From assembly GCA_028023455.1 (NCBI GenBank), contig JAQFVV010000004.1, positions 23,126,001 to 23,190,000 of the forward strand: a DNA stretch of 64,000 bases. The letters are read 5' to 3'. The position numbers and the translations under genes were made by a program. This document shows, in pieces, positions 13,496-27,560 of the stretch. The DNA comes from Epiperipatus broadwayi. Taxonomy: Eukaryota > Animalia > Onychophora. The notes under the pieces were generated by a model. It ran no database searches. It was not told where the DNA came from and was given only the letters and a program-made list of their open reading frames with translations. The number at the start of each line of letters is the position of its first letter. Positions within the stretch are counted from its first letter, which is position 1.

Positions 13496-15306
13496 ATTAT
13501 TTCATAAGGCATTTAAAAAAAACTACAGAATATATTAAAAATATAAATATAAAAGGCATTTTTACTTTACAAATGCTGCTGCATTTCAAAAACTTTTTAT
13601 CGAGTAAAATTTAACTCTTTATAACAGAGATAATAGCAATGGGCTATATTTGAATGAAACCATAGGAGCAATATATAATATGATTTAAATGTTTCATTAT
13701 TAGGAAAAAGATATATAAAGTCCATGATTATAGATTAAGGCTCTCTCTTAATCTGCCTTTCAATAAGCAAAGTCAACGCGTTATATATAATAATAGTTGA
13801 ATTTTAAAAATGAACAGATAGGCAAAGAAAAAATATTCGTTCCAAAAGACTTGTCTTTTGAAAGATCTGTTAATATCTTGGAATAAAATCATCTCAGCAA
13901 TAAAAAAATTTACAGAATATTCTTGATGCTACAATATATATTGGCAATAAAATAACTATAAGATACAATTTGGAAGTCATTATGGATTAAATAATGTTAT
14001 TATTCATATAAAATGAAAATATTTTCCAATGTTTTACTACACAATATTTTATTTAAAATGTACAGTTAAGAGTGAATAAAAATTCTGCTTCCAACAAATT
14101 ATTACAAGCAGAAATATTTGATTTTATAATTTTTAGTTAAAACTAGCTTAGTTTTACTGAAATGTAATGATCAGAGAATGACTGAACTTCAAATAAAATG
14201 CTTATGTAATATATCTTCATATTATGAAAAATACGGATATTAATCAGAGATCTCATGACATATGAACTTTAATTTTAGTGTTTCGTGAAAAATTGTTCTG
14301 TTGATATATGCTTTTTAAGGGAGTTTTAGTTAAAGAATATACAATTCTTGAAAAAGTTATCCAGGCCATGTTTTCATTTTATATTTACTTATTGTAAAAT
14401 GTATATCTGTCTATATTACATGAAATATAAAACTAACTAAAAAGAAAATTTAGATTATTTTTAAAATAAAATTTAAATATAGTAACTGTCTTAATACGAA
14501 TTTGATTTTATGTAACAAAAAAAAATTGAAATAATTGAGACATTTCACTATAATATAAATTAATATTTAAAAATATATACTAATTAGTATCTATACTTAC
14601 TCTGAAAGTATGTAATTTTTTTGCCCTAAAATGTCACTTTCGTACAAATTCTCCAAAATTTATGTTCTATAAAAAATATTTGATTTGAATATATTTTTAT
14701 TTAACTTACATTGGTTTTTTTTTTTGTCTGTCTGTACAATCTTATAACTCAGCTTTCATCCATTTCGCAATTTCCAATCTAGTCAAAACCTAACAGACAT
14801 CTGTATTACTAATGGCAATATATTTTTCTAGAATTTGCAAACAACTTTAACATAAAATTTAGATTTCTAAATTTATATGAGATTCAGTAATCCTTTACAA
14901 TATTACTATCTAGCAATATTAAATTGGATCTAAACTTTCATTTTTATAGAGTACAAAAATATGTATAATTTTTTTTTTGTTTATAAGAAATGCTTTTATT
15001 CACATGAATGCACTAAAAAGTAAAAAATATTTTCTTTAGCTTTCACAAATAAAAGCATAGCATGCTCATATTCAAAAAGCCAATTTATTCTTAAAATCAT
15101 TCAGTCTTTATTCTTTATTTTTTAGTGCATTTGTATGGACAAAGCATTTCTTTACATTTTTTTATATATTATTTACTTTTTAAAAAGTATTTTCTATATA
15201 TATAATCTTAGGGGGCTAAAACTATAAGCTACAAACACTGTAAATAGAATTGCCTTTCAAATAATGTATCATATATGTTTAGTAAAAAAATGTTTTCTAT
15301 ATTTAA

Positions 15307-16742
15307 CTGCTTCTCCGTGAGCGCTGTGGTCGCTCGTCGGATGACATGTTTTTTCTTTACTGATGTAAAAAGTATAAGCATGATGTCAACCAACATACGG
15401 GCATCTGATAGCTCAATGACGTGACTTTCCAACGATATCTACCTCAAACAAATCAGTTGAAATTTGGATTTTTGGCATCAGTTTTAATCGACCGGAGTAT
15501 TTTTTTTTTTTTGTTTTTTAATAATTTTTGTAATTATCATGAAGTGATAGAAGACAGAATAGTTTACTGGCTGCAAGTCAACATTTTTCGCGTTTTATTC
15601 ACAAACAAGGTCTACAATAGAGCTTCAACGTAATGACTCGTAAGTATAAAATTTTAATTTTTTTTTTAATTTTTTGAAAAATGATATTTTTTATTAATTT
15701 TAGTTTGTAGTTATACATTTATTTATGCTCATATAGAATTAATATCTACCATAATTTTCTAAAGTTCTACCGTAATTTTCTAAAGTTCTAATCCACTTAT
15801 TTTATAAAATAATGATTTTCAAAAAGTTTAATAATTTATTATTTATAATTATGTTTATATAATATGTTTGTGTTTACAAGTAATGAGTTATAAAACTAAT
15901 AATCAAATGTATAGAAAGATTACATATGCAGGCATATAATCAAATTCTGATTCTTGTTTATGTTTTTGTTTATTCTTGTTCATGCTTTGGAGTCACTCTG
16001 GTTTTGCTATATGTTTCATAACATTATTTTTAAGTCTATAGCTAACAAATGGACTATATGCAAATAAATTATATGTATGTGATACAATAAATATAACAAG
16101 ATAGCATCACTGGTTTGCATAAAGAATATAAACATCACTGGTATGCATAAAGAATATAAACATCACCGATGTACACAAAAAAATAAAATAAAGAGATGAA
16201 ACTCATTTTATCAGTGATATAGACAGTAGCCTACAATTTCTAGTTTTAGATAGACAAGAAGCCAATTGCTATGATGATTTCTTTTGTATCTTTTATTAGG
16301 ATGAATCTTTTTCTTTATAGATGCCTTTGACATTTGGAACTGTTGGGGTACAAGTTAAAATTAAGAATTCATAACCAACTTTTTTTGCACATTGTGAAGC
16401 TATGGATTATCTCAGGTAAGACATGTTATACATGTTTAGAAAGATAATTTTGTGAGGAATACAAAGAAATTATCACTGAAGATGTACTTTGAATTTTGGT
16501 TAATGTTAATTTCCAAAATATGAACAAACAAAATAATAATTTTGGATGTGAAAATTTCTTTTTTCCCTTATTTTTTTATATAGTTAACACTTTATCTTAT
16601 GCTTATTGTTTGCATTAGTTTTTCTACTTTTTATTAATATATATTTTTTTGCTCTAACATAATTAAGACTGAAGTTATTGTGAAAATTGTGTCTCAGGTC
16701 AGTATTTAAAAAAATTCAATATGGTGTTTTAGACTGAAGCAG
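15307..16742 (+). mobile_element. piggyBac family 1, copy A (internal-deletion derivative)
   Basis: TTAA|CTGCTTC...GAAGCAG|TTAA (TSDs 15303-15306 and 16743-16746). Aligns by eye with copies at 57.1 and 61.9 kb, including the W.DKKPIAMM segment. Confidence 0.82.
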
Positions 16743-19700
16743 TTAAAAGAATACAGTATAGATTTTTATCCTTAAAAAATAAATAGCAAACGAATTAAAT
16801 GTAACTAAAAATCTTAATTTCAACTGGGATTTTTTTTAATTTACAAAAAATTTTTGTATTAATCAAATGATACAAAAAAAAAAATGCAACTTTAAATCCA
16901 AATATATTTATGTTCGCAAAAAAAAAAGTTTTATTTAAAGAAATTATAAATAGACCATGATGAAACTATATAACTTGTGATAATACTTATCAATATGATT
17001 TCCCATAGTTTCAGAAATCAAGTAATATGGAAATCTAACAAATGTTTTAAAAAATAAGGGAAAACATAGGTCTAGAAGAGTTATTGATATTTCACCAATT
17101 CTAAGATCAACAATCTGAAAGTTCAACATTAACAAGTCAAAATTATTTGAATTATCTTAGGCAACTTTATGCACACTAAAAATAATCTAAAAAAGATAGT
17201 AAGTATTAATTAAGGAATCGCACAAAAAAAAAAAAACTACATTACAATTTAATTTAAATAAAATACTTAAGCAAAAAAAAAAACTTCTTGAGAGTATTTA
17301 TTACAGATTATATAGTCTGCTAAGACAAAAAGGTTTAAAGACTGAACTCTTGTATAATGAATAATTTTCTCGCTAAATTAACATTTATATAAAAATAAAA
17401 AATGTCATACAACCCTAGAAAGATAAACATCTTAAGTTATAATTTTGTTTTTGGTTTTAATAATAAAAATGCACTATAATTATTTAATTTTAATTAACCC
17501 GCTTCATGTGTTTAGTATTGACCATAAGTTTAAAATCAGAACCCTAATTAGCATATTTGTAAAAAAAGGAAAAAATTTCTATAAAAAAGGTGTTCTTTGT
17601 CAATAAACAAAGTATTATGACAAACAATATTGATTGACTGGTAAGACGTGCACAAAAGCTGACTAAATCTTTTTTGGCCTTATAGAAGATCAATTTTAGT
17701 TTTCATTACTAGGTAAAAAAAAAGAAAGAATTAAAATAGTGTCAAAAAATAAATAAATAAAAACAAAAAGGCTCTAAAACTATAAATTAATAAAAATGCC
17801 ACAATGATCCCCAAGGTCATTTCATGTCAAGTCATCCAATATTTTAATTTAAACCTGATCATTTTGATTTTTCCAAATTTGGCTCAGCAAATGTAAAAAA
17901 TCAAAAATTTTTATTTGTAGCTTTGAAATTTCTGCTGTCACAATTTTGTCTTAATATGCAATTATACAAGGAATAAATTACCCAAACAAACTAGAATTAA
18001 GAAAGGCTACAGTAAGCCATTAATATGTACTATATTTTTTTGAGTTTCATTTGATATATACAAAACTAGTTTTGTTTGATTTTTAATTTCAAAAGTTTAT
18101 TTGCTAAAAAAAAAAATCTCAAAAAACATATATATATTTCTTGGCATTATTTGCAAAAAAGTTTCATTATGAGATCGTTTTCTGCTCTATAATTCACCTG
18201 GTATTCACTCAGTCTTTGTTTGCACAAAATGTCAAATCTTTTAAAGATATATGATGAGGCAGTATAACATTTTTGTTGTAGAATATTTTAAACAAGTTAA
18301 AAGATGGATTTGTTTGCTTAAAAAAGTCCCAGTTGATAGATACTTTCAAGAAATCAGTAGAAAGGGTTGTGGAATTCTAGTATGAATAGTCGTTGATTCT
18401 GAGGATATGAATTAACACCCCCCCCCCAAAAAAAAAACTGTGATATCTTGATTTTGCAGAAAATTATGCTTGTGTTTTTTACTAAGTTACAGCCTTTTCA
18501 ATGATATTATTATACATCAATTTTACAACAGTTTACTATAAAATTTCTAATACAAAATTAAAGATTTGTGTATCTCAATGTTTAAATTTAGAGTATGTAT
18601 GCTAATATTTCTTTCAGAAGAAATTTACTGCGTGCCTAAGATCAAGAGACTGATATCAAATTTAAAAATCTATAATGAAAATGATTTTGAAATTAAGGTT
18701 CATTGTCATTTCTACATAACAGCTAATGACAAAGGAATATAGACGCACTAAAAGCAAAGCATATCTCTAGGATCTTATAGAAAATCAACTGTGACATCTT
18801 TTCAGCTGTTTACATAGGCTAATTCAGTTTCTGAAAATTTTCTTCTTCAATAAAAACAATACACATAAAAGAAATCGCTTGAAAAGTTTTTTTTTTTTAA
18901 ATGCAAATTTAATATCAGGAACCCAAGTATAATCATTTTTTTTCTTTTGCACAGGTAAAATATTACTACTAGCTATTTTCAAATAGAGAGAAATCATACA
19001 AGTTACCTTCATCAGGAGGACCTTTGAACAAACTCTTACAATAGTAGAAGTATAATATGTATTGTTATAAAGATATTTAAGTGTAATTATAGGCTTGTGT
19101 TAATTTTATATAGAGCCGGTAGATGTCACTATGTATGCAGTATGTTATTTTTGTAATTAAGCCATATTGAAAAGGGCAAAAATTTAAAAATTTGCCGAAA
19201 ACAGCTTTTATATGTTATTTTTATTTATGATGATTATGACTATATTACAGCTATTGTTATATATCATTTTGTTGTTAGTAAACATATTTTATTATATCTA
19301 TGATTTATTTTTAATATAAATATAATAATTATTCATGGCTTGGGTAAATTTGGCTATCAACAAATGAGATAGTGCATATAAATTTCCTCCAACCTAAAGA
19401 TTTTTCATCTTTTGTGTGTCCAAGGAATATCTATTAACTGGAACTCATTTTCTTGTAATTGTCTGTTAATGATTTCACAAGAATAGTAGTTACAGTTCTT
19501 TAAAAAAAAAAAAAAGTATTAGCAAGCTATCCTTATTCTAAATACAGATATCATCTTTATTGCATGATCTTTTTTCTTTTCCTGATTGGAGAGACTATTA
19601 TTGACTAATAAATGACAATGAATAATTTTACTAAAGGAACAAGTTTTCAATCACTTGTAAGTACTTTTCAATTGTTACTTGGTAGAGAAATATATAAAAA

Positions 19701-22700
19701 ATCATTTGCCGATACTGTGAAGTACAAAAAAAGTTCCAACTGAATAAATTTATACTGTAAATTACTGTATTTTTCATTACAATAAAAGGCATTTCTTGTA
19801 GATCACCTACATATGGATAGAGTAGAGCATATTTGGAGTTTTGAATAGAAACAGACATCTTTATATTTAAGAAGTTATGTTTTTTTTTTCCATATATTTT
19901 ATCTACATTTTACTGAGGGGAATAAAAGGCAAATATTAAAAGTAAAAATAGTGATAAAATGTATACAATTAGCCTGTTATATATATATGACCATCATAAT
20001 GTAAATCTTAGAGCTGCATATAAATGACAGTTGATGAAGCTATTAAAAAATTTATTCATCAGAATAGCATAAAATAATGTTATCACTCAAAACCAGTAAA
20101 GCAAAGTTTCAAATGATGAGTCTGTGCAGAATGGATGTGTTCCAAATGAAGTTATATTGAAGTAAAAATAGAATTTTTGGTGTTGCCAACACCTGGTTAC
20201 TCTTATGTCTGCCAAAAACAAAGAAGGTGGGAGAGTGAAATTCTCAGAGAAGCTGCTTTATTACTTATCAACTGAAATAAGCAATACACTTGTTCAAACT
20301 CCAGTGTTGATTGAAGTGCCAGTTTCACCAACATCTTATGTGGATGCTTCGACTCTGTGATCAGAAAAGGATGTCATGAATATTGCTAATGGGTAGTTTA
20401 TATCTGCATTTTTATTTATGTATTAATTTTTTTGCTATAGAGTTTCAATAACATTTAATTATATGTAAACAATCATTTTGTGTAAGCACGACTTGAGACT
20501 TGATATTTTCGATGGATTCAACTACTAATAAAATCTTTTTCACAAGATAAAAAATAAGTCAACAAAAATAGTATTAATATTCTACAATGTTGTAATGCGC
20601 TAACATATTGCATATAAGCCATTTACAACCTGAACACTATTTTATACATTGATTTTTACCACTTTCTCGATTATACATAAATATCTACAAAAAAAAAAGA
20701 ATACTTCAGTATTTCTAGAAAAAACTAGATACCAGTCTATTTTTTTGATGCTTTGGAATAATGAATTGCCTTAAGTCATGTTATATATCATTTTTTTTGG
20801 ACACTTTATAAGGAATGTATAATTTTAAGATGTGTGCTAAAATTTAGAATTTATGAAAACATAAAAATAAACATTTTTAAGAGTTTAAAACTTTTTTTGT
20901 TACTATTTTGAATATGTAATAACTATATTTTTCATTTTTGCATAATACAAAATAAGTTATCATAAAAACTATATTAAACCAAGGTTTTGAAAAATTCAAT
21001 ATGGTTACTCTTTTTGGCAAGTTTGATTTGTATTTTTTCTTTGAATACAAAAACATTTTAATTTTTTTTTTAAAAAAAGTGCGATATCTTCAATTAATTG
21101 CTTATTACTCGTAATCCCAGAGAGCTTGGACATTATTTTAATAAATGCTTAGGAATATTTTGAATGAAGCAGTGATTAGAATCTAAAGTCGAAAATAATG
21201 TAATAATAATAATATATGAATGAAATAAAAACATTAATCATGGGATATAGTTTACTGGTCATGCCACATACATTCCTTTTCACCATATTTGATATTTGCA
21301 AATAAAAGCTGTGCAATAGATAGACATATAATTCTTAATGGAAATGTTAAAAAAAAATCCACTATTATTACAGGTTAAATTACCACAATAATTACCCGTT
21401 TTGCCGAGCTGCAGACCGCTTGTTAGACCATAAGCCTCGTGTTTGACATGCCTACTATAGATAATTGATAGATATTTATTGTCAGAGCTTGTATATATGT
21501 TATTATCAGTATCAGAAAAACCTGACAACAGGAGGGGCATTCTCCAGCCTTTCCAGCATGGAAAGTTTATGACCTTCAAATGGCAAGCGTAACACAAGTC
21601 TGTCTTTTGAAATACCAGCCATGAAACCATGTCATGAATCTAGATTAAAAGTAGAGATGTAGTGATGCTCACTAGTGTTATAATACTAAGTAGAGTTAAT
21701 AGTTGTAATCAAAAATTAAAATATTAGCTTATAAAAAAAAAATTACAAGAAAATCATTAGGCATTTAGATTGCTCAATCACTTCAGAATGCCAGTATTTT
21801 GTACAATAAGCACAGTGATAATATTGAACTTTTGTATTTCAAGGCACAAGTTATCATACAATCTGTATAGAACCCTTATTTCAAATATTGATGAGAACTT
21901 AGCTTAAATACTGTAGGTTATATGTAACTTAATGCTATTAGACATTTGATAGCTATCCCCAACAAAAAGCTCCTTCAAAAGTGTTTCATGTACGCATCAT
22001 TAAGAGATACTAATGGCAGGTGGATCAGAAAAAAAAAAAAGTCAATACAAAGGTTGCCAAATTGAACGGTATGAATTCTTATTTAAAACTATTGCACAAA
22101 CAGAAAAACTAGCGAAAGTGGCCTTTATAAATTTTATAAAGTGTATTTAATTTGTTGGTCAAAAGCTTCACTAGAGCACATAAAAAAAAATGTATTAAGG
22201 TATCTATTGTTTACATTAAATTTTATAGAAACCAATATTTTCATTGTTGAATATTTTGTTATCACTCTTCATTAAAAACGCTTTATAAATAGTAGAAAGA
22301 AGAATTTCCGAACCTCAATCTGAACAGTTCCAAATTTGAATGCTATAAAAAAATTATTTAGATAATTTATTATATTAATAGATATGAATTGTATAAAAAC
22401 TGTTAATTAATTAGAACATTACAAATATTCTTAATTAAAAAAAATGAGAATCTGATTTGAATACTTCCAAGTTTGAATCTCTAAATTTGTTTTAATAAAT
22501 TTTTCATTCCCATAATTATTTTTCACAAGTACTCAGCATATAAAATTTTTGTATTTTAACAAAAATAACATTTATAATTATTACAATATTAGCTTTCCTA
22601 AAAATTTCTACAAAATATTTATTATAAATTTATTTTTCTGTTATTACTTAATAATACTAAAAAATATATAACTTTTTTTTTAACTTTTTAAATATGTCCA

Positions 22701-23235
22701 ATGAAAATATGTAAATTATATTTTTGCTGAATAATTTCAGAAAATAATCAACCATCATGGAGTTAAAATATCTACTATGACATTTGTAGTAGTTTTTTTT
22801 TAATATATTTTATATGCATATTATATTTTTGAAGCAATTACATTACTAAAATTATTCAAACTGAAAGTCATTTACGTATATAAAAATTTGGTTAATGTTA
22901 AAATACTATATAGAGTTCATAGAAAAATTAAGTTACCATGTGGCATTTCACTTATACAGAGCCACAATTACATCAACTTATTAAAACCTCCAAGTTTAAT
23001 AAATATTGAAATATTATATCTTACCTAATTATAGATTCAAGTAAGTTCTTTTAGATGCTAAAATTTTAAAATTTCTCATAAATTCTCTTAATTTCTGAAG
23101 TATTTTTACAACAGTATTTCACAATAAAAGTTTGAATGGAATTAGACCCCCATTATTAAGTGAATTAGGTCAATTCATTCACAAATAGACATTATATAGG
23201 ATGGATCACAAATTACTTTACAATTATATAGTTTT

Positions 23236-23348
23236 TTGGTTTTTTCCCCCTGTGTCATAGCATCGGCCGGGACACGAACCCACAACCGTCTGCAACCAAC
23301 TACTTGCTTGCAAGGCAGCTGCGATGACCTCCCGGCTAACAACGCTTG
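23236..23348 (-). mobile_element. Short tRNA-derived SINE / retro-tRNA, copy 1
   Basis: Minus strand has A box TAGCCGGGAGG, B box GGTTCGTGTCC, 3' end GATGCTATGACAC and an A-rich tail. Perfect 16-bp TSD ACAATTATATAGTTTT (23220-23235, 23349-23364). Confidence 0.85.
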
Positions 23349-23529
23349 ACAATTATATAGTTTTACTAACATATTTTGTCATTTAGTCATACTCCATCAA
23401 TTAATTTATTAATACAATTATCAACAAAATTTAAATCTATTTCATGAAATAAACAAGACTGAATATATTATTAAAACAATTTACAAACAAGATCCTCAAA
23501 TAATCATGTTTAATAAACTTGTAAATCCC

Positions 23530-23610
23530 ATCTTTTGTTCTATCAATACCAATCTACTTTGTCACACAAAATGTCTGACAAAATAGATTGGTATTGATAG
23601 AGCAAAAGAT
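23530..23610. repeat. Long hairpin / foldback
   Basis: ttttgttctatcaataccaatctactttgtca pairs with tgacaaaatagattggtattgatagagcaaaa (32 bp, 2 mismatches, 11-nt loop); weaker symmetry continues outward. Confidence 0.8.
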
Positions 23611-25522
23611 AGAATTATTTACAGGATCATCTAAATGATTTTTTGGGAACCATGCTTTCAAATTGTCTTAGAAACATATTTGGACATTTCACCAGCATTA
23701 AAATTATTTACAAAATTTTAAATATATTACAGTAATATACACTTTATGACGTTTTTTAAAAGATGCTGAAATAAATTAAAATAGTGACGAAGTTCATAGT
23801 CCATTACATAATTAACCCATTTACCTTTGGGCAAAGAACATGCATATGTAAAATAGCTAACTTAATGGTAATAGAAAATCTATTCCAATTTTGTATTAAT
23901 TGTGGAAAAATAATATAATCTTTACTAGCCAGCCTATTAAAATTGTCTGTTTCAACGATCAGTTACAGTATTACTATATAGAAAATACTTTTTAAATGAA
24001 GTGTACATTTGCAATATATTTCTAAAAGTACACCTATAATATGAGCGCTGGACTTTTATGTGAGGATTCACAATATTGATCATCAATTTGTAATCACTAT
24101 TTTGATTTTATAATTCATTATTCCATATAACAATCTTTAAAAAAAATTTCAAAATTGTTTTTTTGATGGCTTTTTTTAAAAATGGCAGCCATTCTGTAAA
24201 ATTGATGACATCCAAAAGCAAAATAATGATATTCATGCTAAAATTGTACAACTCAGTTTATTCATAATATACAATACAATACACAATATTACAGAACTGT
24301 ATACAATATTTTGATTATAAACTTAAAATACGATTAATGAATGTAAAGTATAGCATTTTATTTAATTTTCATCCAGCATCAAATTTGCAAGACAATCAGA
24401 CATATTCAAGATATACATTGTTAACGACTACACCAAAAAAGTGTTTCGTTTAGTATAATAAATAATTAAGATTCATATTTTGATCATGTATAACCAAATA
24501 TATTTAGTGTTAAATTTGAAAACACATTACTTTGAAACCTGTGTTCTCTTATTTATTCACTTTTATGGATTAAAATTCTTATGAATAGTATTTTGCTTGT
24601 GCAAAAATTACAATCATTGTATTATAATTTAGTTATCACACTTATTTTTGGGGAAAAATTATTTCATGGATAACACAATTAATACTCAACTTTATATGAC
24701 CAAAAATTGTTAAACCTAAATTAAAAATAATCTATATGCTTGATTTTAAAACCTCTCACAATTAGTTTCAAAATGAAGGACATTATCGCAAACATATAAC
24801 AATATACAAACAAAAAAAATTTCATTTAGCAAAAAACTAAAAATAAATTTTGGTCATATACTATTAATATTTAATTTTAAGTTGTGTTCAATGTAATTAT
24901 TAGTTAAAATATTCAATCAATTTTGGATTACAATCTTTATGAATGCTAATTTGTTAAATTGAAACTATTATCATAAATGTATTTTCAGTTTTAAAAAAAT
25001 ATGAGCAAGATTTCTGCATTACACAATCAATAATAAATTTTGTAGGAGAAAAATGCACTACATGTGATTTTGTTTTAAACTGATTATTTTTAAATTTGAT
25101 GAAAATTCAACATAAATAAATTGAGAATTCATACCTTTAATATTTTTAATAGTTTGTACCTCCGCTGTCATAAGTACTGCACTACGTGAAAAATTTCTAA
25201 GTCATTCCAAAGAAAATGGCGACATGCAAAAATTATGATATCTCATGGTAAAAAAAAAAAAGGTCATATCTAATATATTTGTATATAAAGTACTGTTTAT
25301 TAAGATCTGCTTTTTACATATTCTAAAAAAAGCCTTAAATACTGATTACAATATGCAAATACAGAATGCATTAATATTTTTTTTCTTTTTTAACATCAAT
25401 TTTTATATATATAATTAACTACACAATTAGTTCTGTAATGTACAGTTCTATAATTTGGCTACCTAAACTGTTATAAGACTTTATGGTTACAATACAATAC
25501 AGTTAAATGAGAGATTATTAAA

Positions 25523-25633
25523 AAAAAAATTTTTTTTTTTTAAAGTGTCATAGCATCAGCCGAGACGCGAACCCGCAACCTGGGCAACTGCCTGCAAGTG
25601 CAAGGCAGTCGCGCTGACCTCTCGACCACCAAT
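25523..25633 (-). mobile_element. Short tRNA-derived SINE, copy 2
   Basis: GGTGGTCGAGAGG (A box), GGTTCGCGTCT (B box), the same GATGCTATGACAC end as copy 1, and an A/T tail. TSD GAGATTATTAAA (25511-25522, 25634-25645). Confidence 0.85.
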
Positions 25634-25959
25634 GAGATTATTAAATATTTTTTTAATTCTAAATAATTTCACATAAATGACTATAAATTTTTTAAAAAAG
25701 CAACTTCAGAATGAGCTTTTATGTAGTGCGATGATTAACAATTTTGCAGAAGAGTATAAAAAAATTATCATCTATGAGCTTACTCGCCTTTTCCCATGTT
25801 TCTATACATTTGTGAAATTACACTTTTTTAACAATATTGGGAAATTTTTTTTTAGTTTACAGCTACATACACTTTCAATTGGAATCATAGCAGCAACTAA
25901 CACTACCAAATACATCACTTCTTCAATTTAAAATCAAAAAAACATCACAACTTTCAACA

Positions 25960-26400
25960 AGTAATAAAGCATTTTCTTGACACTTTGGATAGACGCCTAT
26001 AAGATATTGATGATGACAATATGGAATAGCTTTACAATCATACATGGTAGAATTAAGCAGGAATTAATGCAACTGGATAATGAAAAGAAAATCAATAAGT
26101 CTGAATCTGGACACAAAAAAAACTGAAGAGACTGATTTCATATCACTAGGCTATGAAGAGCACTTTAAAAGAATTCGACACTGACTTAGAATGCTCCATT
26201 AAATCTAAAAATGCTTTAAATCAATGAATAAGACATAATATATTGTACAAAGAGAAAATCAAAGAAGCAAGTCAACCATTCATTTTAAACCTTTTTCTCT
26301 ATAGAGATCTTCAGCTAAAACCATGATCAACAAAGAATTGAAGTCAAGATTCTTTAGAATGAGCAACTGATAACTTGGGAAACTGGATGACAATAAATAC
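25960..26400 (+). mobile_element. Ancient LINE (RTE-like linker) remnant
   Basis: LDTLDRRL*DIDDDNME*LYN resembles the RTE endonuclease-RT linker; heavily decayed. Confidence 0.3.
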
Positions 26401-27329
26401 TGAATGTATAGATTAAAAGAATGTTAAGCTGTTTTTTTTTTTTTGCTTTTTATATAATTTAAATTGCATTATCTTGTCTATATGCATATTTTAATTTACT
26501 TACAGCATAGTTTAAGGATGCATATATTGGGCATTAGATGTTTTTTAATCATATATATATTAGATTATAACTTTATCTTTCTTATTGCATTGCCAAATCC
26601 ATATAATATTAATATCATTTATATTCTTTATTACTTTTTTTACCATTTTTTTTTTACAACCCAGTGACGGTTTCGATTCCCCCAGCAACCTTTTTCAGAA
26701 CTTTTAACAAACACATTAATAATTTATGATATAATATTTATTCGCAGGAATGAGTTAAATATTTTCCCCTAGAAAATATTAATAATCTTGTTATAAGTTT
26801 GAGGAACCAGTAGGTCTATTTAAAATAATAAATGCTCCATAATTAACAACTTTATAATAAATGTTTTTTTTTTAAAAAAAATTCTATTTGTCCTAAAATT
26901 AATTTTCTAAGTTGCCTAAATGAAATATCAGCTAAGACCCCCCCCCCCCAATTCTTTCATACTGCCAAACAATTTTACCATTCCATTCTGAATAATGATA
27001 TATCTAGAATGTACTGTGGTTTTGCATGAATATATATTCTTAAATGCTAAGTCATAAAGAAATAATGTAATAGAAAATTTTTCTTTAAATTATACTATAA
27101 CTAGTTGAACTCACAGCTTTGCTTGCATTAATAGACCCAGGAAAGTATTTAACGCAATATGCAGCTGTTCCTGTGGCTTATATATTTATATCAAATAATA
27201 ATAATAATAATACATGAGTTATCAACAGCAGTATCACAAACAACTTTTTATGATCAGTTATTATGGAATTTAATCAACTTTTAGGATTTTAGCTTAAATA
27301 CATTTTTCATGTGAGAAAAGCAATTTCAG

Positions 27330-27560
27330 ACTTTTGGCGTAATATGTTTATTCTCTTATCCATATATTTTGTTTTCCATCCCTCCTTGTTACTCCTAACA
27401 TACATCTCTCTACTTTGTTGAGTACACTAAAGACTATTGTTCTGTTAACTGTCCCAAGTTTCAGAAATATAAATAGCTTTCCTATCAATACCAAGATATT
27501 TTTATATCTTTTCATATTCCCTTCTAAAACTTTTCTTCCTAATTCATTATTATATTTTCT
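27330..27560 (-). mobile_element. Ancient RTE LINE 3' remnant
   Basis: Minus strand ..ERCMLGVTRRDGKQNIWIRE matches the RTE C-terminal motif MERxMLGVTRRDxxxNxWIR. Confidence 0.55.
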
